Source of the DNA: a virus
Direction: 5' to 3' (one strand)
Virus record (IMG/VR): IMGVR_UViG_3300021138_000019
Coordinates: 10,033 to 74,032 of that record
Length of the DNA: 64,000 bases
A program made the translations under genes and the position numbers. The first letter of the stretch is position 1, and each line of letters opens with the position of its first letter. Below are positions 1-12,200 of the stretch, piece after piece. A model generated the notes under the pieces. The model was not told the origin of the DNA and made no database searches. It was given only the letters and a program-made list of their open reading frames with translations.

Positions 1-1812
1 CAGGGCACATTCTCACCATTCAGTCAGGCTGGTTGGAGTTACTATTTTGCTGGAGGTAGCAATTGGGTATCTGCTAACTCTTCGCCAATCTCTACTACAA
101 ATTCAACATTCACTGTGGAAGGTTGGATTTATATGACAGCAGTACCAGTTGGCACTACTCCTTGTGTTATAGGTGATATGACTCCTGGTGGTAATAACGA
201 CAGTTGGAGTTTTGGACCAATGGGCAGTAGTCCTGTTGTTTCTTTTTACTGGTATGATGGTGCCGCAAAAACAGTTTCAGGTAATACCGTAATGTCATTG
301 AATACCTGGTATCACATCGCAGTATCAATAAATGCAAATGCCATATCGATGTATGTAAATGGAGTTCAACAGACATTAACTGGTACTACAACACTAACTA
401 ATAGAACCGGTTCTGTAGGATATATAGGATTAGGAGAATGGACCTCAGCAGTATCAGCTTATTACATCGGGTACGCTAGTAGCCTAAGGATATCTAATAT
501 TGCACTATATTCTTCATCGTTTACTCCACCGACTACTACTTTTACTACATCATCTAACACAGTATTTTTAACAGCACAGAGTAATAGATTCGTTGATTTA
601 TCGACAAACAACTACACTTTAACACCAACAGGTGCATCGGTACAGGCATTCTCACCTTTTCCGCCTAGTGCAACCTACTCAGTAGCTACTAACGGTGGAT
701 CGATGTATTTTGGATCAAGTTCAGATAATGTCGGCCAGGCATCGACCACCGCCTGGGTATTTGGTGGAGATTTTACCATTGAAGGATGGTTCTATTTCCT
801 ACCTGCAGGAGCAGGCACTTCTCGAAGTGTTGTTAATACATCAGGCGGTAACGTGTATTTGAACACCGACAATACACTGCATTATGTGTTTCAATCGGTT
901 ACAGATTTTGCCAGCAGTCAAGTGGTAAATGCCGGTCAATGGGTTCACCTTGTGGTGTGTAGGAATGGTGGGACTTATAGATTCTTTGTAAATGGAAATA
1001 TGACTATATCTACGGGTAGTTCATCATCTATCCCTGCTACAGCCGGAATAAACGTGGGAACCAGTGCGTTTTATGCTCACGGTGTAAAAATCACTAATGG
1101 AGTTTCACTGTATAATTCTTCATTTGCTATCCCAACTACAATTACAACTGGTACATCAACTAATTCTTTAATATTATTAGCTACTAATTCGGGTATCCAA
1201 GATGCTACTGGCAAAAACAACTTGATTACCTTCGGTACTACAAAGACGCAGTCGAACACAGTTAAGTATGGTACTGGTGCAATGTATTTTGATGGGTCTA
1301 GTTTTATTAACAGTCCTGCTGTAAACGGATACGGTACTGGTGATTTTGGTACAGGGGATTTTACCGTAGAATTTTGGATGAACAATAGTATGAGTTCGGG
1401 TTCTTTTATATCGGTATTAGGAACACAAGATATTCCAGGAAATGCTACAGCTGGCATGTGGAGGGTATCTATAAGGGGAAATGCCACTCCTGGTATCTTA
1501 TTTGATTATACTAATGGTAGTGCATTTACGGATGTAACATTTACAACGACCAGCTACAACGACGGAACTTGGCATCATGTAGCAGTAACTAGAGCTTCGG
1601 GTAGTGTCAGGGCATTTGTTGACGGAACTCAAGTAGGAACTACGCAATCAATTACGCAAAATTTAAATTCTGGTCAAAAGATTTACATAGGTTATCAACC
1701 ACAAGATGGTGTTTATTACACTGGTTATCTTGATGATATTAGAATTACTAAAGGTATTGCTAGATATACTACAAACTTCACCCCACCATCAACTACATTT
1801 TTAACACAATAA
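1..1812 (+). CDS. LamG/concanavalin A-like multi-domain fibre or appendage protein (5' truncated by window edge)
   Basis: Repeated LamG motifs (FTxExW, WxHxAV, YxDDxRIT), Ser/Thr/Gly rich; frame is open from base 1 (QGTFSPFSQ...). Confidence 0.85.
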   Translation, partial: QGTFSPFSQAGWSYYFAGGSNWVSANSSPISTTNSTFTVEGWIYMTAVPVGTTPCVIGDMTPGGNNDSWSFGPMGSSPVVSFYWYDGAAKTVSGNTVMSLNTWYHIAVSINANAISMYVNGVQQTLTGTTTLTNRTGSVGYIGLGEWTSAVSAYYIGYASSLRISNIALYSSSFTPPTTTFTTSSNTVFLTAQSNRFVDLSTNNYTLTPTGASVQAFSPFPPSATYSVATNGGSMYFGSSSDNVGQASTTAWVFGGDFTIEGWFYFLPAGAGTSRSVVNTSGGNVYLNTDNTLHYVFQSVTDFASSQVVNAGQWVHLVVCRNGGTYRFFVNGNMTISTGSSSSIPATAGINVGTSAFYAHGVKITNGVSLYNSSFAIPTTITTGTSTNSLILLATNSGIQDATGKNNLITFGTTKTQSNTVKYGTGAMYFDGSSFINSPAVNGYGTGDFGTGDFTVEFWMNNSMSSGSFISVLGTQDIPGNATAGMWRVSIRGNATPGILFDYTNGSAFTDVTFTTTSYNDGTWHHVAVTRASGSVRAFVDGTQVGTTQSITQNLNSGQKIYIGYQPQDGVYYTGYLDDIRITKGIARYTTNFTPPSTTFLTQ

Positions 1813-1835
1813 ATAGACTATAAGGAGGAATTGAA

Positions 1836-2231
1836 ATGAATCATTTTGCACAGATAGATGCTAACAACGTTGTTACTAGAGTTATTGTCGTTGAACAAGA
1901 CATGGTAAACACTGGTCTATTTGGTGAACCCAATACATTTATTCAAACTTCATATAATACAAGAAACGGTATTCACTATGATCCTACAACACAACAACCT
2001 GATGGTGGTTTGGCGTTAAGATATCGTTATGCAGGTATTGGTATGATTTATGATTCCGGTAATGATGTTTTTGCGCTGGCCAAACCGACAGGTATGGACA
2101 GTTGGGTTTATTCAAGCAATACATGGTCTTGGCAGCCACCAACAGAAATGCCTACAGATGCAGTTTTTCCAAGTTATTATGATTGGGATGAAGCGAACAC
2201 ATCTTGGGTTTTAATAACAGTAACAGAATAA
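1836..2231 (+). CDS. small fibre-associated hypothetical protein
   Basis: Strong RBS AAGGAGG; MNHFAQID..VxRVIVV...YAGIG...WQPP..P...WDE pattern typical of small proteins following phage fibre genes. Confidence 0.65.
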   Translation: MNHFAQIDANNVVTRVIVVEQDMVNTGLFGEPNTFIQTSYNTRNGIHYDPTTQQPDGGLALRYRYAGIGMIYDSGNDVFALAKPTGMDSWVYSSNTWSWQPPTEMPTDAVFPSYYDWDEANTSWVLITVTE

Positions 2232-2234
2232 TAA

Positions 2235-2567
2235 ATGGCATTTCCAACCTCACCTACGAACGGGCAGTTAGCCACACTTAATGGCACTACGTATCAATAC
2301 AGTAGTACTACAACATCGTGGGCGAGAGTTCCTCAAAGTATTAGGATTACTTACACCTCAGGTCCTACACCACCCACAAATCCTCTTCAAGGTGACCAGT
2401 GGTATAACAACACGACTGATGTGCTTTACGAATACACGAATGATACAGTTTCATCTTATTGGTTAGATATACAGACGCCAGCATTTGTTGGTTCAAACGC
2501 AACAACAGTTACAGGAGTATCGACAGGTAAATCACTTGCAATGTCGGTATTATTCGGAGCACAATAA
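2235..2567 (+). CDS. virion structural protein (MAFPxxPTNGQ family)
   Basis: N-terminal motif shared with 6891 and 8652 ORFs; GDQWY motif; hydrophobic C-terminus. Confidence 0.6.
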   Translation: MAFPTSPTNGQLATLNGTTYQYSSTTTSWARVPQSIRITYTSGPTPPTNPLQGDQWYNNTTDVLYEYTNDTVSSYWLDIQTPAFVGSNATTVTGVSTGKSLAMSVLFGAQ

Positions 2568-2917
2568 TGACAACCCCTAATCTAGTTCAAATTAATTATC
2601 TAAATGGTAACACAGCAGTTCAAAACGTTACGACAACTGCAACTGCTATTATTTCAAATGCAAATAATTCAAATCAATTGTTTAGAGTTGACAGTTTAGT
2701 TGTTGCAAATTATTCCACAAACGTTCAATATGTTACAGCAGATATATACAGAAACAACGTACCTTACATCATCGTTTCAAATATTTCAATGCCGGCAAAC
2801 ACAACGTTTGGCGTATTTGATAGAATCTTTTATGCAAATGAAGGTGATGCTATTCGTCTAACAGCAAGTAACAACGGAACACTTCAAGCAGTTGCTACAT
2901 ACGAGGTAATGGGTTAA
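2567..2917 (+). CDS. small beta-rich virion structural/adaptor protein
   Basis: Stop/start overlap with both neighbours; resembles 12726..13052. Confidence 0.55.
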   Translation: MTTPNLVQINYLNGNTAVQNVTTTATAIISNANNSNQLFRVDSLVVANYSTNVQYVTADIYRNNVPYIIVSNISMPANTTFGVFDRIFYANEGDAIRLTASNNGTLQAVATYEVMG

Positions 2918-5900
2918 TGTTTAATGGTGGATTCAAAGGCATAAGAGCGGCTGATGGCGCTGGCTTTGTCACGACTAAAGATGTTGCCGTTCAGCAAAGT
3001 AGTCCACAACCTAAGATAACTTCTTGGGCATATACCAATGGTGCTTATGTACCATATCCCGATACTGCTATTGCTGGTGGTGAAACTATAGTTATTTACG
3101 GTTCAGGTTTTCAAAATAATGCTAACGTAGTTATTGGTGCCACAACAGTTACAAGCTCAAGACTCGACCCAAACAGAATTACATTTACGGCACCTTCTTT
3201 AAGCCCAGGTTCTTATCCCCTTTATGTTGCAAATCCTGGCGGTGGTACAGCAGTCTATTTACCAGGTGTTGTATACAACAGTTATCCTGTATGGAATTCG
3301 ACTTCTTATGCAAACACATTTACCACAGCAACATCTTCAGTAGCTTTTAATTTAAATGCAACAGATTCTGCAACTCTTACATTCTCGTTACAATCAGGGT
3401 CAAGTTTACCAACAGGTTTAACTTTAGCGGCTAATGGATACATTTCAGGAACAACAACAGTATCAAGTACAACAGTATACAATTTTACTGTCATTGCAAC
3501 AGATTCATATGCACAAGCAACTCAAGCATCTATAACATATACGATTACTTTAAATGTTTCGGACACATTTTTTAATTATACAACATTGTTACTAAATGGT
3601 GAAACAACTACAAACACATATATTCAAGACTTTAGTACAAACAACTACGCATTAACTGCCTCCGGTAATGCAAACCCAAACAGATTCTCCCCATATTGGG
3701 GTAACGGTTATTATGGTGTGAGTTTTGATGGTAGTAGCGGGTATATGTATGTTGCTTCAGCGACACCGTTGAATCTTTCATCGGGGGATTTTACTATTGA
3801 ATGCTGGTTTTATTTGATTACGGGATCAAAAACAAACGAAATTTTAAATAAAGATGGGGTTAATGGGTCATCATATTCACAGTATGAAATATATGTTAGT
3901 TCTTCAAATACACTAATAGTGAATTTAGGAAACGGTAATGGGGTATCACCTACAGACACAGATTATGGGGCAAGCACCAGTGTATCTTTAAACACTTGGC
4001 ATCATGTTGTGTGTCAGCGAACAGGTACAACTATTTCTGTTTATTTTGATGGAACCAGAGTTACTAACACCGCACAAGTTATTAACATGACCGATGGTGG
4101 TAAGGCTTTGGTATTAGGCCATCAATCAGGTGCATCCTCAGACTATTTTGCTGGTTACATATCTAATATGCGTATCGTTAAAGGAACAGCAGTATATTCT
4201 GGGTCGTCATTTACACCACCTACTGCACCACTCACCGCAATAGCCAATACTGCTTTGTTAACTTGTCAATCTGCAAACTTTATAGACAATTCAACAAATG
4301 CATACACAATAACCGCAACTGGTACAGTCAAAGTAGCTTCCAATCAACCATTTGGTACAGTGCCCAGCGGTGTACAGAATTATGGTAGTGCGCTGGTTGA
4401 TGGTGGTACTACCAGTTATATATCAGTGCCAGGGTCAACCTCATTGGGTTCCGGTAGTTGGACTATAGAGGCATGGGCATACTTTACAAATACAAGTTCA
4501 TCCTATGATGGTATAATATGTACCGGTCCTCAAGGTACTATTCAGGCTTTTATATCAAAAGGTGATGCTGGATTGACTGATGGAGTTGGTTCAAGTGCCG
4601 GAATTACATATACCACAACTTATTTTCAATGGTCGCACTATGCTCTTGTGTGTAATGGGACCACATTGTATATGTACATCAACGGTGTATTGGTAGGATC
4701 AACCGCAAGAACATACATTCCATACGGAACAACTCCCGTAATTGGTAGAAGATTTGCAAATCTAACCAGTTATGCAATGAATGGATACATTTCAAATGCT
4801 AGAATAGTTCCTGGAACCGCAGTCTACACGAGTGCATTTACACCACCAACTGCCCCATTAACTGCAATCACAAACACCTCTTTGTTAACATTACAATACA
4901 AGAATGGCTCAAACAATAGCACTTTCTATGATGATAGTGTGAATAACTTTGCATTAACCAGAACTGGCACGCCCACACAGGGCACATTCTCACCATTCAG
5001 TCAAACCGGATGGAGCACATTCATAGGATATGGCGCATATGGATATATGAATGTCCCTGCTAACACCGGGTATGATATAACTACGGGTGACTTTACTGTT
5101 GAATTCTGGGCTAACTTTTCAACATGGAATACAATGGGTTCCTCTGGTATGGTTATAGCTACTAATTTTGGTAGCAGTAGCGGATGGAGCATAGGATTTA
5201 ATGGCGGAGTCGGTTCTAGTATGTGCTGGCAAACATGGAACGCCGGTGCGGCAGTTTCCAATCTCGCTACCACTGGTATTGTAGCAGGTACAAATTTTCA
5301 ACTTGGTCAATGGAATCATTTTACTGTTATGCAAAAGACAGGTACATTATATTTCTTTCTCAATGGAGTTATGACGTATTCAGTTGCAGCCGGAGCTTCT
5401 GTTCCAGCTGGAAATGCATTATACTTTGGAGTATATGCACAGAACCTTGATTATGCAGGTAACCCATATTTTTATTTAAGTAATTTTAGGATAGTTAAAG
5501 GCACTGCGGTATATACCACAACCAATTTTACTCCATCTACTTCCCCGTTGACCGCTATATCAGGTACAACTTTGTTAATATGTCAAAATAATAGACATCT
5601 AGATAATAGCAGTATAAATGCTGTAATAACTCCGACTAGTTCAGGTACTTATCCAATAATACAACCATTCTCACCCTTTGCACCGGGTGTAGTATATTCA
5701 TCAGCGAACAATGGTGGTAGTATATACTTTAATGGATCAACAGATTATTTAACTACACCCTCAACAGTTAATATTAGTACAGGTAATTTTACATGCGAGG
5801 TTTGGTTTTATTTGACATCTACATCTGTATCAGGTCCTGGTATTTTGTGTGGAACAGCAACTGGTAGTATTCAATTTGCAATATACGGAACAGCAGGTAT

Positions 5901-6864
5901 TGGTTTGGCGTCACAAGGTGTTAGCTGGTTATTTAACACTACTTCTGGTATATATTTAAACACATGGTATCATGTTGTGTTGTGTAGGGGTGGAACTGGA
6001 ACAAATCAAACAAGTTTATTTTTAAATGGCACCCGTATTTTAAATGGTACAGTAACAGCAAATTTTGGAAACTATACGCTCGCCGTAGGTGCAGTTGGCA
6101 CCTCATATCCTTTTCCAGGTTATATTTCAAATTTAAAATTTACAAATGGTGTTGATTTATTTGGTTACAGCAATACAACTATACCAGTACCCACTGCACC
6201 ACCTACCCCTACTGCAAATACCTCATTGTTGTTGTTGGGAACCAACACAGGTATCCAAGATGCTACTGGTAAAAATGATATACTTACAACAGGATCTGTA
6301 TTGACTCAATCAAATACTGTCAAATTTGGTACTGGATCTATGTATTTTAACTCTAGTGCTTCAAGTTATGCAACAGTTCCATTGAGTACCGCCATACAAA
6401 CTATTACTGGAAACTTTACACTAGAGTTTTGGTTGAATCCTTTAACATTATCTGGAACAGTTGGATTGATGGGTCAAAGGTCAGTAGAATCAAATTATTG
6501 CCCAATTTTATTAGAATTTAGCGGTAGTACTTTACAACTTTACGTTTCGACAACAGGTACTTCATGGGCGGTAAGTGCTTTAGGTAGTGGATCTTTGTCA
6601 ACAAATACATGGACACATGTTGCTATAACAAGAAGTGGAACTACTGTATATTATTTTATAAATGGTACATCTGTTGGTTCAACAGGAACTGCAAGTGGTC
6701 CTCTAATGACTCCAGTATCTCCTTTGTATATTGGTAGAGATTCTGGTTCTCCTTCTGCGGACGGTTATTTCAACGGTTACATAGACGAATTTAGAATCAC
6801 TAACGGTGTTGCTAGGTATACTGGCAACTTTACCCCACCAGCAACTACATTTTTAGCACAATAA
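2917..6864 (+). CDS. large fibre/adhesin: IPT/TIG + Ig-like + several LamG domains
   Basis: GGETIVIYGSGF (IPT/TIG), LPTGLTL..GYISGT (Ig-like), multiple LamG repeats. Confidence 0.85.
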   Translation: MFNGGFKGIRAADGAGFVTTKDVAVQQSSPQPKITSWAYTNGAYVPYPDTAIAGGETIVIYGSGFQNNANVVIGATTVTSSRLDPNRITFTAPSLSPGSYPLYVANPGGGTAVYLPGVVYNSYPVWNSTSYANTFTTATSSVAFNLNATDSATLTFSLQSGSSLPTGLTLAANGYISGTTTVSSTTVYNFTVIATDSYAQATQASITYTITLNVSDTFFNYTTLLLNGETTTNTYIQDFSTNNYALTASGNANPNRFSPYWGNGYYGVSFDGSSGYMYVASATPLNLSSGDFTIECWFYLITGSKTNEILNKDGVNGSSYSQYEIYVSSSNTLIVNLGNGNGVSPTDTDYGASTSVSLNTWHHVVCQRTGTTISVYFDGTRVTNTAQVINMTDGGKALVLGHQSGASSDYFAGYISNMRIVKGTAVYSGSSFTPPTAPLTAIANTALLTCQSANFIDNSTNAYTITATGTVKVASNQPFGTVPSGVQNYGSALVDGGTTSYISVPGSTSLGSGSWTIEAWAYFTNTSSSYDGIICTGPQGTIQAFISKGDAGLTDGVGSSAGITYTTTYFQWSHYALVCNGTTLYMYINGVLVGSTARTYIPYGTTPVIGRRFANLTSYAMNGYISNARIVPGTAVYTSAFTPPTAPLTAITNTSLLTLQYKNGSNNSTFYDDSVNNFALTRTGTPTQGTFSPFSQTGWSTFIGYGAYGYMNVPANTGYDITTGDFTVEFWANFSTWNTMGSSGMVIATNFGSSSGWSIGFNGGVGSSMCWQTWNAGAAVSNLATTGIVAGTNFQLGQWNHFTVMQKTGTLYFFLNGVMTYSVAAGASVPAGNALYFGVYAQNLDYAGNPYFYLSNFRIVKGTAVYTTTNFTPSTSPLTAISGTTLLICQNNRHLDNSSINAVITPTSSGTYPIIQPFSPFAPGVVYSSANNGGSIYFNGSTDYLTTPSTVNISTGNFTCEVWFYLTSTSVSGPGILCGTATGSIQFAIYGTAGIGLASQGVSWLFNTTSGIYLNTWYHVVLCRGGTGTNQTSLFLNGTRILNGTVTANFGNYTLAVGAVGTSYPFPGYISNLKFTNGVDLFGYSNTTIPVPTAPPTPTANTSLLLLGTNTGIQDATGKNDILTTGSVLTQSNTVKFGTGSMYFNSSASSYATVPLSTAIQTITGNFTLEFWLNPLTLSGTVGLMGQRSVESNYCPILLEFSGSTLQLYVSTTGTSWAVSALGSGSLSTNTWTHVAITRSGTTVYYFINGTSVGSTGTASGPLMTPVSPLYIGRDSGSPSADGYFNGYIDEFRITNGVARYTGNFTPPATTFLAQ

Positions 6865-6890
6865 ATAGAAGATAACTCAACTAAGATATC

Positions 6891-7670
6891 ATGTCATTTC
6901 CAGTCGCATCATCAAACGGTCAAACAGCATTAGTTAACGGCATCACGTATGCCTGGAACTCTTCTATTGGTACTTGGACTCGTCAACAGGCTTATCTTGG
7001 TCAAATAATTGTTTCTAATACTGCACCATCAATCAATGTTGTCGGCACTCAGTGGTATTCTCAAACTGATGATGTTATCTATGAATGGACTACGAGTAAT
7101 GGTTCTAATTTCTTTTGGCTTGATATTACTTCTTCTGCGGTAGTTTCAAATGTTGCAATTTCTTCTTATCTTGCTAACACAGTATCAAATACTTCAAATA
7201 CTATTGCGAATACTGCAAATAGCCTTATAATAACACAAGAATCTCTTTCAGTTGCAAACGTTTTTGCGGCTGGTGGTGCGGCAAATACCGCAAATGCCTC
7301 TTTTAATAATTCCAATGCCGCTTTTAGTGCCGCAAATTCGGCATTGATTCTTTCACAGAATCCACAGACTACAAACTATACACTTCAATTAAGTGATTCG
7401 GGTAAACACATTTATAATACTGGTTCTGGTGGACAAATCATTACAGTTCCAAACAATGGTACAGTATCATGGCAAATTGGTACAACAATTGTTTTAGTTT
7501 ATGGGGCTAACAATGCCGCTATGAATATTCAAGCCGCTACAGGTGTGACAATGTATCTCGCTAATAGTTATATACAAAAAAGTTATGCGAATTTATACGC
7601 ATGGGGTGTGGGTTCTCTTTTAAATGTTGGTGCTAATACATGGTTCATTAATGGTTCAGGAGTGACCTAA
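6891..7670 (+). CDS. virion structural/fibre protein
   Basis: MSFPxxxxNGQ N-terminus, Ala/Asn-rich stalk, YTLQLSDSGK...W..G C-terminal domain. Confidence 0.6.
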   Translation: MSFPVASSNGQTALVNGITYAWNSSIGTWTRQQAYLGQIIVSNTAPSINVVGTQWYSQTDDVIYEWTTSNGSNFFWLDITSSAVVSNVAISSYLANTVSNTSNTIANTANSLIITQESLSVANVFAAGGAANTANASFNNSNAAFSAANSALILSQNPQTTNYTLQLSDSGKHIYNTGSGGQIITVPNNGTVSWQIGTTIVLVYGANNAAMNIQAATGVTMYLANSYIQKSYANLYAWGVGSLLNVGANTWFINGSGVT

Positions 7671-8630
7671 ATGAGTGCGATTGGGGCAATGAGTGTTTCA
7701 TCATTAGGTAATTCTAGTGCAGTAGCACCGAAACCACAACCATATGTTATCAATTATTTGATTGTGGGTGGAGGTGGTGGCGGTGGATCTTGTATGCGTA
7801 CTGGTGGAGGTGGTGGAGGTGGTGGTGCAGTTTCAGGATCAACAACGGCAATAATATGTACCCCCTATGCTATGAACGTGGGAGGTGGTGGTAGTGCAGG
7901 AGTTCTCACCGCCCGCTCTAGTGTTACACCTCATCCAGGTAGTCCAGGTGCTGGAAGTTCAACTCCATTTGCATCAACTGGTGGAGGTGGCGGAGGCATA
8001 ACCGGTCGTAATACTCCAACAATTCATAGTCCAAGTTGTGGCGGTGCAAGTGGTAACGGGTATCCTGGTGGTACTTCTGCATGTGCAGGAGGAGCCGGAT
8101 GTAGAAGTTGTTATGGGGGCGGTGGAGGTGGTGGGGCCGGTGGAGCCGGAAGCTCACAATCATTTCCTCCTGGTCCTTCAAAAGGAGTTGGGTCTGGTGG
8201 AATAGGTTATACTTGGCCTATTAACGGTGGTACTTATGGTGGAGGTGGTGGTAGTGGTGGTGCATCACCTATAAATTATCATACGTTTGGGGGTTGTGGA
8301 GGACCTGGTGGTGGCGGACGTGGAGCTTATTCCAGATGTAATCCAAATTCTGCATGTAGTTATGGTGCATTGAATGGTGGAACAAACCTAGGCGGTGGAG
8401 GCGGTGGCGGTGGAGCAAATGGTAGTATACCACCATCAGGTTCACCGTCATGCAGTAGTCCTACTTTTAACAGATTGTCCGGTGCCAGTGGTGGTCCAGG
8501 AGTTATAATATTGAGTTATTGTAGTCCTGTACAAAGAGGTACTGGAGGTTGTGTGTCCTGCACCCCATCACCGTCGGGTACAAAATGGTATCATGTTTTT
8601 AGATCAAGTGGCGTTTACCTAGCTCAATAA
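7671..8630 (+). CDS. glycine-rich domain structural protein
   Basis: YLIVGGGGGGG...GGGGGG repeats, GGPGVIIL end motif. Confidence 0.7.
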   Translation: MSAIGAMSVSSLGNSSAVAPKPQPYVINYLIVGGGGGGGSCMRTGGGGGGGGAVSGSTTAIICTPYAMNVGGGGSAGVLTARSSVTPHPGSPGAGSSTPFASTGGGGGGITGRNTPTIHSPSCGGASGNGYPGGTSACAGGAGCRSCYGGGGGGGAGGAGSSQSFPPGPSKGVGSGGIGYTWPINGGTYGGGGGSGGASPINYHTFGGCGGPGGGGRGAYSRCNPNSACSYGALNGGTNLGGGGGGGGANGSIPPSGSPSCSSPTFNRLSGASGGPGVIILSYCSPVQRGTGGCVSCTPSPSGTKWYHVFRSSGVYLAQ

Positions 8631-8651
8631 ATATAAAAAAAGAGATAAACA

Positions 8652-9158
8652 ATGGCATTTCCAATAAACCCAACAAACGGTCAACAAGCATCAATCAATG
8701 GTGTTTTGTTTATCTACAACTCATCTTTTAATGCTTGGAAAAAATCACAAAACGTTGCAAACATTTATACTGCAACACAGTTAACAAATTTTACAAGCAT
8801 ATTTGATTTCGATGATGTTTCATATTTGGCTGATGGTTTTACAAACACATTTCCATTAAGATGGAATAATTCTGCCGTCACATGTAATTCACCCTTTACG
8901 ATTTCTGTAACTGTTAATGGTGCGTTACAACCAGCTTTCGATTACAAATACGATACAGTATGGCTAGCAAATGTACTAACAGCATCTAAAGGTTACACAA
9001 TTGATCTTTCAGGTAATCCAACAACAAACGGTTATCTTAAGTTTGCCGATTCAGTACCAGCAGATTCACAAATTTTAGTGAGAACGGTTTTAGGTTCACC
9101 ACAAACCTCAATAAAGACGTACCCATTTAAACCCCTTGATGTGGTTATGGGTTTTTAA
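8652..9158 (+). CDS. virion structural protein (MAFPxxPTNGQ family)
   Basis: Shared N-terminal motif; late-promoter-like TAAATA upstream. Confidence 0.55.
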   Translation: MAFPINPTNGQQASINGVLFIYNSSFNAWKKSQNVANIYTATQLTNFTSIFDFDDVSYLADGFTNTFPLRWNNSAVTCNSPFTISVTVNGALQPAFDYKYDTVWLANVLTASKGYTIDLSGNPTTNGYLKFADSVPADSQILVRTVLGSPQTSIKTYPFKPLDVVMGF

Positions 9159-9212
9159 GATAGATAAATATATGATTGTTACCAAACATCCGAATAACTG
9201 GAGAAACTAATA

Positions 9213-12200
9213 ATGGCAAGAAAAGTCATCCTTGATACGTACTACACGTTCATACCATCATCTAGAACGATTATTATACCACACGTTGTGCCCAAAGAAC
9301 GTTTAGTTTTGATTACCGATTTGACAACAAATCAAGTTATCTTTAACTTTTCAGATCCCAATTTAACAACAACTGCATATACTATCGGTCTTGACACAAC
9401 TGGTACTTACCCTAATGCAACAGTTACCACTTTATCGTTAAGTTATAATACCACAGCATTATCTGCAACAGATAAATTAAGTATTTTAGTTGATGAGTAT
9501 AATGAATCATTTCAACCATCTGAAACTTTATTAGACCCTGTTAATAAGTTAAGAGTTTCAACACCACAATCATTGATTGATACCGACTTTGAGTATTCAA
9601 CTCAAGCGACTAAGTGGGAATCTCTTGCACGTATCAATATGAGACCATTCTCATACTATACAGTTTCAACTGGTAACTTAAATATCATTGATATTCAAGC
9701 AGTTAACGGTCTAAGAACATACACAGCAAATACAACAGGTACTACACCACCTGCAGTTGGTACGCCAATTACAATTTTAGATTCTTTGACTCCTGGTGCA
9801 GATGGTAACTATATTGTTGATGCAAACAATAACTTAACAAATACTAACGCATTAGGTGCCGCAAATACATTTAGTTATACTGGCAAATATTACTATACTG
9901 GTACCTCAGGTTCAGTTTATAATCAAAACGTAACTATTGGTTTCCAAGGTTATGCGTTTACAAACTCGTCAATTACAATTGCAAGTATGACCACATCTGG
10001 ACAAAACGTATTTGTAACAACAGCTAACGTTCACGGTTTCATGGTTGGTAATGAGATTGCAGTTACTGGTGTAACAGGAACAAATGCACCTAACGGTTCA
10101 TGGCAAGTATCAACAATCATTAACCCCACCAACTTTGTTTATTTGTGTAATGCATCTTCTATACCTTCAGGTACAATGACTGTTACAAGTGCAAACTTAT
10201 ATGCAAGACCTGTAGGAACACTTGTACATCGCTCATTTGACGGTGGTATTAGATTTTCTACAAACTCAGGTTCACACAATCAACAGTTTATTCGTCAGAC
10301 ACGTAAGTATTTCCGTTATCAATCTGGTAAGGGTATTCAATTGTCTACTGGTACAACATTGATGCCTCAGTTTAACTTAGATGGTATTACATCTACTGGT
10401 ACAACAGTTACTGTAACAACAAAAGACCCACATAATATCGGTGCTCAAATTGGTGTTCAAATTAATGGTTGTAATGAAACTGCTTATAATGGTAACTTTA
10501 CTGTTACAGGTGTTATTAATCCATATCAATTCACATATACAGCAAACTCAACACCATCAAATTCTCCCGCATCTGGTAACTACGTAGCATCGGCAACAAC
10601 ATGGTCTGGTGCATCAAATCGTATTGGTATTTTTGATGACCAAAACGGTATGTTCTTTGAATATGATGGACAAACATTGTATGCAGTAAGAAGAAATGCG
10701 GTTTATCAAATTTCAGGTAATACTTGGATTAACGTTGGTTCTAATACATTAAATGGTAATAACACAATCTTTACTAAGCAGTTACAACCTAACGACTTTG
10801 TTGTTATTAAAGGTATGCCATATCGTGTACACAATATTCAAACAGACTCTGTTTTAACAGTAGTTCCAAATATACGTGGTACTCAAAACGTCACTAACGC
10901 TATCGTAAGTAAAATTCAAGATGTTCGAACACCAACATCTCAATTTAATATTGATAGGCTAGATGGTACAGGCCCTTCAGGTTATAAAATTGACTTGACG
11001 AAAGACCAAATGTTCTATATCGATTACTCATGGTACGGTGCTGGTTTCCAACGTTGGGGTGTTCGTGGACCTGACGGTAACGTAATCTATGCACATAAAG
11101 TAATTAATAATAACGTTAACTATCTTGCTTATATGCGTTCAGGTAACTTGCCTGGTCGTTATGAGACTAATTCATTCTCCAAAACTACCACTTTAGTTGC
11201 TAACGTTGCCGCTACAGATTCTGTAATTACAATGGCTAACGTTGCAAACTGGCCAAATACCGGTATTGCAGTATTGAGAAATAATGCTAACACAGAATAC
11301 TTTGTATATACTGGTGTTACAACACTTTCAAATGGTGCTTTACAGTTAACTGGTGCTCAACGTGGTGCCGCATATCAAACTGGTAATACTGGTAACACAT
11401 TATATGTTACAACAACGGCAGGTAATACAATCGTTACTATACCTGCAAGTAACAGCACATATGGTTTATCAAATGGTATGTACGTATTTGGTAACAATAT
11501 TGCACCGCAAACATTTATTCAAAACATTGTTGCTAACACATATATGATATTGAATCAAGCACCAACAGGTACTGGTTCTTCTCAAGTTATTATACCACCA
11601 TTAGCAAATATTGCTCAAACAATTAACGTATTGACTGTGACTGGTGCCAACTCATTGACCTATACAGGTAATAATCAAGGAGCCGCAGTACCAACAGCAG
11701 TCGAATTACATACTCCACAATACGGACCTGAGATTAACCATTGGGGTACATCAGCTATTATGGATGGTGGTTTTACACCAGATAAGTCGTTCATTTTCTC
11801 AAAGGGTATGCAAACACCTTTAACAATTTATCCAGCCGGTGGTACCGCAAATTCTATGGCACTTTGGAGTTTCCGTGTTGCACCTTCTGCATCTAACGGT
11901 ATACCAGCTTCTGCTTTAGGTGTTCGTGAGATTGTTAATCGTATGCAACAGTTACCATTTGAACTTGATGCGTACTCTAACGGTGCCTGTTTGATGACTC
12001 TTGTATTGAATGGTTCAGTTTCAAATACAACCGCACAATGGCTTAACGTTGGTGGTTCAAGTCTATCTCAATATGTTTTCCACGCACAGAATACAACAGT
12101 AAGTGGGGGTGAAACAGTTTTCGGATTCTTCTTGAATAATAACTTGGGTACATTTGGTTCAACTCAGAACGACTTGACTCAATTGCTTTCACTTGGTACA

